Source: Bispira polyomma (lineage: Eukaryota). Taken from it: a stretch of 64,000 bases of DNA. Shown piece after piece: positions 14,951 to 27,517 of the stretch. The translations under genes were made by a program, and so were the position numbers. Every line of letters begins with the position of its first letter. Positions within the stretch are counted from its first letter, which is position 1. Location: assembly GCA_965649765.1 (NCBI GenBank), contig OZ287753.1:55552001-55616000 (forward strand), written 5' to 3'. The notes beneath the pieces are model-generated. The model saw nothing but the letters and a program-made list of their open reading frames with translations, ran no database searches and was not told where the DNA came from.

Positions 14951-15310
14951 TGTCATGGTCACACTGAGCTTAGGCTTCGTTTACGCACGAAAAATGGCTT
15001 ACACAAGGTAAAACGTAAGTAAACGTAAGCAAAACGTAGTGTATGTAAGAAAACGTAGGCATGCAAGAATAAGATGGTCCCTTAATATCCCGGTTTTTTT
15101 TTCGAAATTTTTTACGTTTTTGGCCGTTTGCTGAAAATTTTCCGGAAACGGGTGGTGCATTTGCGACAAATGTATAACACATATTCAATGCGTATTTGAC
15201 ATATAGGACGGGAGTAAAACAAACTATACTTACAAATAATATTAAGGCCGAGGAAAACGAAACGGGTTTACAAACGTTAAAAACCATAAATGGCGTAAAA
15301 ACCAGTTATT
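14951..15310. mobile_element. Partial Harbinger-like MITE (left end only)
   Basis: taa + tgtcatggtcacactgagctta..ttcg.ttacgcac is homologous to the left end of the 16087 element. Confidence 0.6.
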
Positions 15311-15317
15311 CCACTTA

Positions 15318-15999
15318 GCCTACGCTTCCTTTCAGCACATTCCGACATCGGCCGATTTGTGTGTGTCCGATCCGATCAGACGTCGGCCGATGTTGTGCTT
15401 CCTTTCATCAGATATATACTAAAAATTTGTTGGATGTTAATGTTGAAAATGGCCTAAGCAAAGTTTTTTTTTGTGATTACACTGGGGTTTTTTTCCACAA
15501 AAAATCGTTGCTATATACAGTTAAGTAAGGGTACCCATTTTTACTTCCTGGTGCGCAAGCTGTGACGTAGCTACAAAACTGATGTCATTATGATGTTATG
15601 TGACGAATTATTTACAATATAATGAGGAAGTTAAGTGGGGTACCCATCTATTAGCTAAAATATCTATGCCATTTCTTAACCGATTTGGGTGGGATAAAAA
15701 CAGTGTAATCAAAATAAACTAACCTTTCTAATACAATTTTCAACTTCAATATCCGACGAATATTGAGTATGTATGGAATTAAAACTGTACCTGTGATAGT
15801 ATTTTTGCAGCCACTTTTGTTTCAAAATCGGTTAGTCCTCCCGATTTTATTACTCCCTGACAGATAAAAACTGTTAGCCAAACAGACTGATTGGATCTGA
15901 TGTAAATCTGATGAAAGGAAGCACTTGGTAGTATTGTGTAATGAGGGGAAAAATCAGCCGATGTCGTCCGATAAAAACATGCTAAAAGGAAGCGTAGGA
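15318..15999. mobile_element. Non-autonomous DNA transposon with terminal inverted repeats
   Basis: cctacgcttcctttcagca (15319-) and tgctaaaaggaagcgtagg (-15998) are inverted repeats; subterminal gacatcggc(c/t)gattt is also inverted. Confidence 0.75.
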
Positions 16000-16086
16000 G
16001 TAGTGGTAATGACACTGTAATCCTCCTGTAATAACCAGGCTCTACATATTATTAAATAACCTACATTTTGCAATATTTCTATGTAA

Positions 16087-16517
16087 TGCTGTGGTCACAC
16101 TGGGCTTACGTTTCGATTACGCACAAAAATGGCTAAAAATAGCCCACGTAAGGTGAAACATCAGCACGGCACTAAGATGTAATATACATCCAAATAATAA
16201 CTAGAAACATGAACGATGTAGATGAAGCTAATGCAACTTATTTAAAACAAGGAGAACTAGATGCAAATTTGTTTAAAAACGTGGCTAACGTATTTTAAAA
16301 CGTGGCCAAAGTATTTTAAAATGTGGCTAATGATACAAACATAATTGAAACGGCTATTAAACCAAGTTGACCGTGTGTACAAACGTTTCTGAATGTGTAC
16401 AAAACAGCCCTTACATTGATTTTTTTGTTTCGTTTCCCGAATTTCACTTTGTTTATTTTCGTTTGCTTCCATTTATAATGAACACTGGGCATGAATGTGC
16501 CCAGTGTGACCACGGTA
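16087..16517. mobile_element. PIF/Harbinger-type MITE with TAA TSD
   Basis: TIRs tgctgtggtcacactgggc / gcccagtgtgaccacggta; TAA at 16084-16086 and 16518-16520. Confidence 0.85.
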
Positions 16518-19377
16518 TAAGCAATACTATGTCAACTTTTATAGCACCACAATCTATAACCAGGCATCTGTGGCACACAACCTAGTCAATATGCAAAATA
16601 ATAGTCCTGTAGGAGAAAAGGTTCATGATCAGAGTTCAGTCGTAACAAGTAAGACGAATGTTAAGGTGGAAAAGCGTGTTGATACAGATGTGTTTTGGGC
16701 TTTCTTTAGAAGCCCCTATATGTAATATAAAAAGATTCTAAATATGAAAGTAATGCAAGCAAAATAAACAGATGAAGTGTTATTTATTTTGTTGTGTGGA
16801 ACCTTTTTATTAGTTTATGTAAATATTAGGTTGAAACAGATTTATCATTGCCTTTGCCTTCTCTATTATTCCTTCTCCTAATGTCCAGATGGCAGATGGT
16901 GGACGCCAACACCCCATCTGTATATACCCATAGTAAGTACGTGGACTGTTTACTAAATATCACATTGCGATAGAATGTATATGTTAGATCAAATAACAGT
17001 ATCATATTCATATTATGTCAATGCTGGTGCTTCTGATAATCTACTAAGTACCATTATGCTATTGTTTTAGGATATATTCACAGAAGCCTATATTTTTCTT
17101 AAACTTGACACATGGTCAGCAAATAATAGTGACCTTATGGTTGTTTTAAACATCTGTTTTTTTTATAATCACTAGTCTCTTTCCTCTGAGGACAGTGGGA
17201 TTAAAACTCACTGCATTCTCTATGTGGGAGAAACTTGGTCACAGATCAGTGGTTTCCTCCACCAATAAATGTGCCTGTCACAGTAAGACTATGAGATCTT
17301 GAAAGTGAAACTCAAAAACATTCAAAATTGAAGATGACTGAATAATGATACATGCTAAAATACACTGGGTGCCTAAAATTTATGGTGTGATCATATAATT
17401 AGGCAATTCTAAAGCCAATCCTATTTCTTTCTCCGATTCAACCTCGACCAAGCTAATAAAATGGCTTAGTGTCTGTCTTGAGAAAAGTGATGCAAATGTT
17501 GGCACATTGAAGACTTAATGCAAGGTCATTCTTTGTTACAATGCAACGGTCCTTTTTCAGAATTTATTCCACTATGAAGGACACTACATGGTAATTGTGT
17601 AAACATTAGTAACTGTCATAACACTCTAAAAATCTATTGGGATTGAGCTGTAGTATATAGCCTTGAATGTTTTGCAGAAATTTAGGTTTTAAAGCAAATG
17701 GAGCCACTCCTGCAGCTAGTAAAATGCGTTATCTGGAATTTAGAACAATTCCTTGGTTGTGTTAGTAAGATGCGAATTTTGTACTCTTTTTGGCACGGCC
17801 AAAACTCACCTCACCTTAGTGGAAGTGTGGCTCAAGGGGGATTTTGGGAAGGTGAGGGGGTGGGCGATATACGCGGTGCAACTGCTGTTGGTAGCACAAG
17901 CTCCCACAACAAAGGGTCACAGACGCAAGTTTGAATAAGACCGGGCCTTTACGTATTAATGTAGAGGGGACGCTGTGGTTTCCTGGTGGTTATCTGCATC
18001 AGCTTTAACATCACTTGCCTCTCACCTCTGAGAGAACTGGGATTTTATCCCATTGCTTTCCTTTTTTGCTAAGTACTTGCCATAGGTCGGTGGTTTGCAG
18101 TAGAATTTGTACTCATTTACTCCACCAAAAAATCTGGCCATCACAATATGATCAAAGATGTTGAAAGTGACATAACAACACACACATAAATTATTAAAAC
18201 ACATATGTTTCAAATATTATCCACTACTTATGTACACCATAATTGCAGTGACTCATAAGACCACTAGTGCTGGGTTATTTTAATATGTTTAATATATCAT
18301 TGCATGTCCTAAATCAATTGTATGTCACAATAGTAAACTTAAGAAATTGATAAACTCTTACCCAATAATTATTTTTTTACAACACTAAGTAACATGGACA
18401 ACACCTTTAAAATATACCACTTGGGTACAAAAATCTGACACCATGCAGCCTCCCACGTCTGCAGTTGTGGGTTCGAATCTCAGCCCTGGCAAGCATGAGG
18501 ATAACTTGCCAGAAGACTGGAAGAAACCGGTGGTTTTCAATGCAAAAATCTTAACACCTACTTACTCTGCATGGTTTATTCTGGCAGTAAACAACTGCAT
18601 ATTGTGACACAATACAAGGCAACTACTCAGTTGTGTTGCATCCCAATAAAAATATAGAAGTAGAGGACAGTTTTTATAAAAAAAAATATGCATATCTTAT
18701 TCTTATTAGAACTTGCTATTTCATAAATATTCTTGGGTTTTGTTCGCATCTCAGTTACACTCGCGTGGTAATTAGTATTATGAAAAACACTTAGTTGTTG
18801 TTTCAATGTATATTTTTTGTAATACTATTATGTTGTTATATGAAATAACTCATTTCGTGAGAAACAAATTATAAACTAGGACACGTCTTCCCTTTTATAA
18901 TTTTTGTATTGGAGAAATGCTAGAAAGTAAAGCTCTGTTTAGGTGCCCTTGAAACCCGTGGAAACAAATACATAAAACTTAAAGCAATTGTATTAATGTA
19001 TAATACTTTAGTAAGTGTATGTATTTGATACTTTGTAGTTACTTTATATGTTATTCACTTGTTTGTATCTAACTGACTATTTGTGCCATTATGTTTGATA
19101 AAACCAATAAAAGCTCAATACTGTGAATGACACTAGTAAGTTTTGCAGCTTTAGCACAAAGTGTGTTTCCTTGTCAAGTAGGGTCCTCTAAACTGGCTTT
19201 ATTAGATCCCCTTACAAAGGAGTTAATGTGCTGTCAGGGTTAAGGAGTAGATTAGCTCATCAATATGGGCTGTTTTAATACACCCAGCATGAACTAAGTG
19301 GTAAGCAAAATTTAGAAAGTAAGCATTAGAATTTTCCTGGAAATATATAAGAACTGTGGGGGGGGGGGGGGGTCCAT

Positions 19378-19572
19378 ATGTATAGTACGCAGAATGGGTA
19401 TATTTGCAGTTCCATCACCAGCCCACCAGTGTACTTACCCACAATTATTCTTATTCTGGACCTAAGTTCAATAAATAAAATGTATAGTACGCAAAATGGG
19501 TATATTTGCAGTTCCATCACCAGTCTACTTATCCACAACCATTGTTATTCCGGACCTAAGTTGAATAATTAA
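19378..19572. repeat. ~102-bp tandem duplication next to a poly-G run
   Basis: atgtatagtacgca.aatgggtatatttgcagttccatcaccag...ggacctaagtt twice. Confidence 0.9.
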
Positions 19573-20890
19573 AATCTCGATTCTTCCTTGGCCACTATGA
19601 CCTATCTTCTGCATAAAGTTTCATGCAACCAGGTTCAATACTCTTTTGTGTAATCTTTGTATCAAACAAACCAGCAGACACAGCGTAAACATGGCAGGGA
19701 TAATAAATGTTAAAAAAAGAAAAGTTCAAATGTATATGTGAGGTTTACAACAAACTGATTAATGAAATTGTAAAACTATGTTAATGGATAGCAATTGATT
19801 GTCACTGAAACATTATGCCCACAAAAACCGCACAATAAATTTTGTTACATGAGTGTTTGCTCAGGTTTCTTTTATGCATACTTAAAACAGCAACTGATTT
19901 TGTATTACATGAAATGATTTTCAGCCAAATGATCGTTAAACTTAAGCTACACATCAACAGAATTGTTTAAAGTTGATAATTTCACAATTAGATTTCGCAA
20001 GCCAGCTGCTTTTTCCTTCTTTAAGGTACTAAAATTTGCCAAATTGGTATATGGCGTTGTTACAGGCATGTACCTGAAACCATAATGCAGAAATGAGATG
20101 GAATGATCAGTGGGATGCCAGAGACCAAAACAACAATTAATGACTATCCCTTCCACCCACGAAGCACCCATCTACTCAATAAATACCACAGGAAATTAAG
20201 GACATGATGCTTTAGTCCCAGTGTCATGTATCCAATCTGAGACCTCTAAAATTGAATACAGGGTAAAGCAAACAAGCAAGCCTTGTTAATTAAGACATAT
20301 CAGCGTCTGTAGTCTACAAAGAAACTCAAACTCGAGCTTAACTCTAGGTTATCCATGTATCTAGAAGATGCATTAAATCTGACAGCATTTTTAAATTCAG
20401 CTCTGCAAACTGTTTAAAATGAATGGTTACAAGTAAAGGTTATTACCATGTACATGAATTACACAAAGCCTTCACTTAAGTTTAATTTGAGATTTGGGGA
20501 TAATACGGTAAAATGTATTTAAATGCAGAAACTCAATATTGGTTTACCTTACATTTAAACTCATTTGACATCAAGCTGACATGTAACTGAGGAAACACCA
20601 ACTGGATAATGAAACACCAAGATCTTACTGACATAGACCCAAAATTAATAAGAAGGGAAATCGATTCTGTAATACTAACCCTATTTTGGATCATTGCTTA
20701 CTCGGGAAATCATGTTGGCGCTATCTCGAAGGAAAGGGGAAAAAAGCAGGGGGAAATAGCACAGTATCTGTTATAAATATGTACTCGCAAGTAAATATTA
20801 TTTGATGTACATGGCATACATTACAAAGGGCTGTACCTCACGAAAATACTGTCACATTTAAGGATAAATGCCACTGCTTCTTTCATGTAT

Positions 20891-21147
20891 GGGGGCCGTG
20901 GTGGCTTAGTGCTTAGCAAGCATTGTCCTTCACAATCACTGGTCTCTCACCTCTGGGATTGGCTGGCGTGGGTTCAACTCCCGTCGATGCCTGTGTGGTT
21001 AAGGTGGCAGTTTCTTACTGTGGGCCGCTGGTTTCAGTGCAGAACCTTGATTAACTGTATGCAGTGTTTCTCCAGCATTTCCAACTACCCGTCCCAATAT
21101 AACCTAAACAGGTACTAGAGTGGACGTTAAATATTCAATTTAAATTA
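20891..21147 (+). mobile_element. Young tRNA-derived SINE nested in an older SINE
   Basis: A box tggcttagtg and B box ggttcaactcc; TSD tttcatgtatgg (20881-20892, 21148-21159); older SINE core resumes at 21155-21270. Confidence 0.92.
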
Positions 21148-21572
21148 TTTCATGTATGGCGGTAGTCTGCCAGGTACTTGCCGTATGTCGGTGGTTACCA
21201 GTACAAATATCACTGCTTTCTGACACTAAAAAATCTGGCTACCCGAATATGACCACAAATGTTAAAAGTTTGAAACAAATTAAATTTGTGAACACACAGC
21301 AAGAGGCAGTAAACATCAGTGTATGAATCCCCTGATACAGGTGATCTAAGACCTAACTAATTCGTTTTTTGTAGGTACACCTAGATCATTTAACCTTCAA
21401 CCCTTGAGTTAAACATTTGGGTGTGTGTTTTGACTTAATTTTTTTTATTTATTTCTTTATATATCCTAATAATGTGATGTTAAGCAGACAATATACAATA
21501 TGTGCTTGCCCTTCTCTGTATTATCGTTTTTTGCCAATACTTTCATCCAGGAATAATTAAAAATAAATTTTA

Positions 21573-21775
21573 TGTACAGCACGACCACAGAGGGGTCTGC
21601 TAACGCAGTTCCCCAGTAGGTTGTATGACCACCTTAATCCCTAGGGGCAGATTTGATTATAGGGCTTCAATCTGCCTCCTCCAATCAGATTTTTACACAA
21701 TAAAAACGCATGCAAAACGAGAGGGTCACGTACCATATTGATCTCGCACACTGACAGAGAAACAGTTTTTTAAAA
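21573..21775 (+). repeat. Split direct repeat A1 (CCAAT box ~21681, two hairpins)
   Basis: Matches 26780-26983 except 2 substitutions and one T-run length difference. Confidence 0.97.
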
Positions 21776-21778
21776 GGT

Positions 21779-21805
21779 CGCCATTGTATATGGTCGGCCA
21801 TATTG
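21779..21805 (+). promoter_or_regulatory. Putative YY1-like motifs just downstream of A1
   Basis: cgccattgt and ggccatattg; gccatcttg lies at the equivalent position in element 2 (~59795). Confidence 0.4.
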
Positions 21806-21909
21806 AAATTACAGAAATTTTTAGGCTTTTATTTTCTTGTTTTTAGTTTTGAGTGTTTTTAAATAGCTTTTATACGTTTACAAACAGTTTATATACATAT
21901 ACCCATAAT

Positions 21910-23181
21910 ATGGGACGCACCAAGAAGACACCTTCGGACATGGCAAAGAAAGCCATGAGACAGAGTAGCAAGAGTACGGGGAAAGGACGACCACCAAGAA
22001 AAACAGTTCAAGTGGAACAGGTATCAGACAGTATACTTAACAGTCTTAATCTGCCATGTGATCAACCCGACAATTCACAGTTTGCGTCACCAATACTCGC
22101 AACGGGTACATAGGCCCAGGCTACAGCCACAGCTCATTTAATCTCGGACTGTCCAGAGCAATTCGGCCAACGGGATTTCCCTGTTTCCACTGCACCGACG
22201 GCAAGTAGTGAGATGACCCTCATGATGTCGGTACTTCAACGGCTGGAGGAGTCAAACTCACAGATTACTCGGAGGCTTAACCAGATGGAAGCCCATGAAG
22301 CTTCAAAGGTGGCAACCCACGTGCAGCCGAGCCAGATCCAACCTACAGGGCCATTCACCGGTAACCAGGGCGGGACACTCAACACAGTCTCTGTGACTGG
22401 GGTGAATCTTCAGTTTCCCAATCCGCTCCAACCACCCAGCATGGAACAGCAGCAATATACCAAGGACGGGATTGTTCCAACAGTGGAAACTTTGAAGTCA
22501 TTACCTGATGTGCAGTCGATGGTGAATCAACGTCTCGCACAATATGAGGCGCAAGCCCAGTGCGCCCTAGCCCAAGGTAAGCGACAGAAATCAGGGCGTT
22601 TTAATAACACGGACATCGGGTCAGCAGAACCTAAGTTTAGATGGGCCAATGAAGGCTGGGTCGGCGGGGCGACTCGCAAATGGCCTATGTATGACGACTT
22701 GTCGCTCCCCCAGTGGGCTGCAGGACAATTAGCAAATGCCCTTCAGGTCTCAGATCCGGTAGTTATGAAGGCGATGGTAGAGCAAGTGATATTCTCTCTT
22801 CGGGATGCCGTCTCCCTACCATTGGAAGTTGTGCGCACTGCGTGGTCCATGAGTATGCATGAGATCGAAGCTGGGCGCTTGGGATGGAGTGACACAACTC
22901 AATGGGCACTAAATCATATTAATGCCTCCCAGACAGCGATGGCGAATGGAAACACGGCTTTCTCATCCAATTCTACCTCCAACTCCCATAATTCAAGTCA
23001 AGGGCGAACAATTTGCAAGCTATTCAATGCAGGCAAATTTTCTCATCGTGCTGACCACGGCCAATACCGCCATCAATGTTGGCATTGTTCCACAGTTCTC
23101 AAGAAAGAAGCAACACATCCGGAATTCAAATGTTATCGGGCGAATTCGACAAAACAGGCAGAAGGAGCAGTTAATAATTAG
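21910..23181 (+). pseudogene. gag: Gag-like ORF1 of YR retrotransposon, one in-frame stop (22111-22113)
   Basis: ORFs 21853 and 22213 share a frame; C-terminal Cys/His cluster CKLFN...HQCWHC...HPEFKC typical of DIRS-order Gag; homologous to 59966-61200. Confidence 0.85.
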
Positions 23182-23211
23182 GACATTTGTCGACGACCAA
23201 GAAACGGGACA

Positions 23212-25743
23212 ATGGAAGAGCATGTTAAGGGCAGTAATATTAGAAAGAATTTAGGAACTTTTAGAGATATCAATAGTGATTATTTAAGCTATAATAGTTT
23301 AACAGTTTCTAGTATGTATGATAAAACATTGAACCAAGAAAGGTTCTCAGAAACACTTGCCTATGTAGAGACACCTCTAATAGATGTTGGAAATTATATT
23401 GACTTTAATGAACAATGTAAGGCAGTTGATAATGCTTTGAATGTGGACATACCTATCAGCAATGATAATTGTGCTTGTGAAACCCATAATGTACCCTTTC
23501 AGATATATGAAGCTGCCAACAATGTTCCTAAGGTAGAACTGGTTACTGCTGAAGTATATGTCATGAATTGGTCATACTGTTATGAGAAATTTGGGGACAG
23601 TTTACCTGTATTGTATATTAACACGGGCAGGTCTGAATTGGATGGGTTTTACATTCAAAAATATGATTATGTGGAAAAATTTTGTAGTTATAGTAAATGC
23701 CACTCACTGCCTGAGGGCTCAATTTGGGTCATTGACCAGGGGAAAATGCAGATAGCAGTAACCCCTATACAGGAGAGCATTGTGCATGAAAACATTACAT
23801 ATTATGATTCAACTGAGAAATCACAAGCTCAGAATGTCTATAGAAATTTCAGTCAGGATCAAAAATTTAGGGAAAAATTTGGACACGGATATGTACAATA
23901 TATGGAAAATGTAATTGATGAGCTAATTAAGAGTAGTGAACGAGTTGAGGAGAGATTAGGTGGTAATGTTTCACCAGAACAACACATTACTAACTTAACT
24001 AACACATGTAATCTTGGAAACAAGGTAAAAAATCTCATGGCGTCGTCCGACTTATCCGACCAAATTTTTCAGGCAATGGGGCAAGAAATTGTCCCAAGGG
24101 TTCAGAGCAGTAAGAATGTTGAATTTCCTCCGAAAACTAAGGGTGTTTTAGCAATTTCTGATACAAAATTTGAATTTATTGGTCCAGACAGATTACCAGT
24201 GCACATTACAACGGTGATCAAATAGTAGAGATAGCTGAAGTTATCAGAGATTCTGGATGCCCCAACTATAGGGGCATCCAACGCATCGCACTTAAATCTG
24301 GTCTTAAAATTGAAGGCTGGGAAAAGGCACTGGAAGATTACCCCGACAAACTTTTGTTACAATATCTGAAATTTGGTTTCCCGTTATCTTTTACTCAACC
24401 AAATACACTTAAGGTTAAGGAAACCAAGAATCACTATTCTGCCCTTCAACATAAAACAGCAGTAAGGGATTACATCAATAAAAAGAAAGCCAATGGAGCC
24501 ATGTTAGGCCCAGTAAGCACTGTAAAGAGTGAGCATTACCACTGTTCTCCACTGTTAACGCGTCCAAAAGATTCGGATAAGCGAAGGGTCATTCTGGACT
24601 TGTCATTTCCACATGGTGAGTCAGTAAACGATAACGTTCAGAAATTTCAGAGTGGACCCAGTCGACGCACTAAAATTCGGTATAAATTTGGAAGGCGAAA
24701 AGTACATAGATCCTGCGGTAGCGTTCGGCTGGCTCCACGGCTCAGCAGCGTTTCAGCGTTGTTCTGATGTAATAGCTTTTAGAATGAGAAAGTTAGGCCA
24801 TAAATGTTTCTGTTACATCGACGATTACATATGTGTCTCAGAAAAAGTAGATTCAGAAAAAGCATTTGCTGATTTATATAACATCGTTGAATCCCTAGGA
24901 CTTCCCATCAATCCAGATAAGCTTTCAAAACCTGGCAAGCAGGTCACTTGTCTTGGAATAGACATAGACATCGCTAAAGGTATTATTAGCATTACTGAAG
25001 AAAAAATTAAGGAAACATATGACATATGTGTAGAAATGTTGAAGAAACAGTGGATTTCTAGGTCAAAATTTCAGTCTGTTTTGGGCAGGCTATTATACAT
25101 TCATAAATGCATCAAGCCAGCGCGTATTTTTATAAATAGGTTAATAATGGCTTTTAGAAATAACGGCAATGCTAAACGTTTCAAAATTTCTGAAGAAATT
25201 AAGGCAGATCTAGGCTGGTTTGTTCGTTTTCTTCCCAACTATAACGGGATTACTTATATTGAACCCATTGTCGATACAGTAAATAATGAAGTTTTTATAG
25301 ACGCCTGCTTAACAGGCTTAGGGGGCGTGTACATGAACCAGGTATATGCATCACCCCTGTATAATATTTATGGACAAAAATTGACGATTGTACACATAGA
25401 AATGCTTAACATACTGCTGGCCATTCGAGTATGGGGCGTTCAGTGGGCGCATAGGAAGGTAATTATGAACTGCGACAACATGGCTGTGGTTTTGGTTGTC
25501 GGCAGTGACAAAACTAAGGACAAATTTTTAGCACTTTGTTTGAGAAATATATGGCTCTTAACAGCAACTTATGACATTACACTTGAGGTTAGGCATATCA
25601 TGGGGAAGAAGAATTGTACAGCTGACACATTATCAAGATTATATTCTGAGATTCCGAGAGTTAGGGAAATTGAAATATTAAGGCAAAACTACATATGGCA
25701 TAACGTGCCCATACACTTCTTTAATGTGAACTTTGACGTGTGA
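23212..25743 (+). pseudogene. pol: RT/RNase H ORF of YR retrotransposon (frameshift ~24210, internal deletion ~24640)
   Basis: SPLLTRPK..RVILDLS, YIDD, RNase H motifs FIDAC/IEMLN/CDN/ADTLSR; the KxD..AFR segment present in element 2 is missing. Confidence 0.92.
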
Positions 25744-25749
25744 TTTCAG

Positions 25750-26572
25750 GTTCCACAAAGATTACACAGACTTACATGGAATCAGCCTGGAATAGACTAA
25801 ATACAGCTTTACGTCCAAAACATTAAATGCTTATACAAACCAGTTTAAGACATTTGTGGCATTTACGTGCTTTGCAGGTATCCATACTATGAACACTCAT
25901 GTTGTTATTGCATTTCTAGAATATTTAGTGCAAAATGGAAACTCACCTGGAGCTGTGAACAATTATGTAGCACAGGCTTGTGTCATATTACAAGATCCAA
26001 TTCTTTTTAGATCCATCTTTCTGCTGTCATTCTTTGGGTTTCTAGCAATATCTAATGTGGCCCCTCACTCTAGAGCAAAATTTGATTCATCACGACACTT
26101 ATTACGACAGGATGTAATTTTTGGCCCACCAGGAGCTCACATAATTATTAAATGGGCCAAGAACTTGCAAACCAGAACAGAAGCCCATGTTATACAAATT
26201 CCTGAGCTTACAAATCGGGTAGTTTGTCCAGTCACAGCACTCAAGGAGCTTTTAAGTACAAGAGATCTGAACCCTAATTCACCCCTGTTTGTTACCAAAG
26301 ATTCACTATACCACCCAGTTATCAAAACTCATGTACGTTTTGCTTTATCCTCAGTTTTGGAACATATTGGTTTTCCAACAAGGGCACATAGTTTCTACAC
26401 TTTTAGAAGGTTTGGGGCCACCTTTGCTTTTAATAATAATGTTTCACTCCAAAATATAATGGCTCATGGACTGTGGAGATCATCAGCAGTTTGGACATAT
26501 TTGCATAAAACTTCACAGGCTGCCTCCACAGTTCCTCTAACCTTTGCCTCTGCTATCCCTCCTCACTTTTAG
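25750..26572 (+). pseudogene. Tyrosine recombinase (frameshift ~25820, internal deletion ~25968, catalytic substitutions)
   Basis: FFGFLAISN (expected LRxSN), KWAK, CPV, YTFRR (expected HSxR), HGLW, VWTY. Confidence 0.9.
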
Positions 26573-26579
26573 TTTGGCT

Positions 26580-26779
26580 TGGGTATTTCAAAATATCTGC
26601 AAATATTTTAAAAATCTTTACATTTTACCCTGAAACTGTACATAGATTACTAACGTGTAAAATAAAATATCTCAAACATAGCTTCAATACTTATAACTTG
26701 GGCTTTTAACCTTTAGCAACACAGTAGGCCACTACCTAATGACCTTTATGTGACCTTCTATTCCTAACTAGGAGAACTG
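26580..26779 (+). repeat. Split direct repeat B1
   Basis: Matches 27518-27717 with 2 substitutions; abuts A2 (gaactg|tgtacagc). Confidence 0.97.
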
Positions 26780-26983
26780 TGTACAGCACGACCACAGAGG
26801 GGTCTGCTAATGCAGTTCCCCAGTAGGTTGTATGACCACCTTAATCCCTTGGGGCAGATTTGATTATAGGGCTTCAATCTGCCTCCTCCAATCAGATTTT
26901 TACACAATAAAAACGCATGCAAAACGAGAGGGTCACGTACCATATTGATCTCGCACACTGACAGAGAAACAGTTTTTTTAAAA
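26780..26983 (+). repeat. Split direct repeat A2
   Basis: Copy of 21573-21775. Confidence 0.97.
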
Positions 26984-27046
26984 TCCCCACCTCCTCCCCT
27001 TACCTCAGCATAAGGACTGTTTAAAAATTTTTGTACTTTAACACGT

Positions 27047-27207
27047 GCCACTGCTAATGATTCGACCCCGGATCCGTGTGGTGCTGGTTCCCGGCTTGTA
27101 AACTACCCCCTGGTGTGGGCTACCGGGGATTAAAGCTCTACAGCCGGGAACCTTCACTGCTAGGCGAGTAGGTGCCATAGGACCCGGGTTCTAACCATGG
27201 CAGTGGT
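27047..27207 (+). other. Putative cis-acting structured RNA in the A2-B2 spacer
   Basis: Nested inverted repeats with many G-U pairs on the + strand; core stem ggttcccggc(t)tgta / tacagccgggaacc. Confidence 0.7.
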
Positions 27208-27517
27208 CTCGGCAGGTTTATAAAAGTATGTCATTAACTGTAAGGGCTTGTATGATGCGGCCAATTATCTAATGTCAAACTCATTTGATTGTATGACCTA
27301 AGGTCATTCGAAAATGTTATTGATAAATGAATGGAGATATTTCTCTTTCAGTGAATAGGGTGCAAACTTGATTACACTGTTTATGAAGGATGGTTGTATA
27401 TTATGCTAATTGATAGAGACTAGTCCGAAGAATTATTATGGGTATTATTTTGGGGTCTGTGAACCTCTATGATTGATTATTTTACGGGGTATTTTACCTC
27501 TGTTGCTATTTTATATG

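Noticed and set aside
17698-17990. GC-richer patch with short ORFs as a candidate upstream GPCR exon
   Set aside because: No TM helix or DRY/TM5 motifs in the ORFs present; probably a repeat fragment
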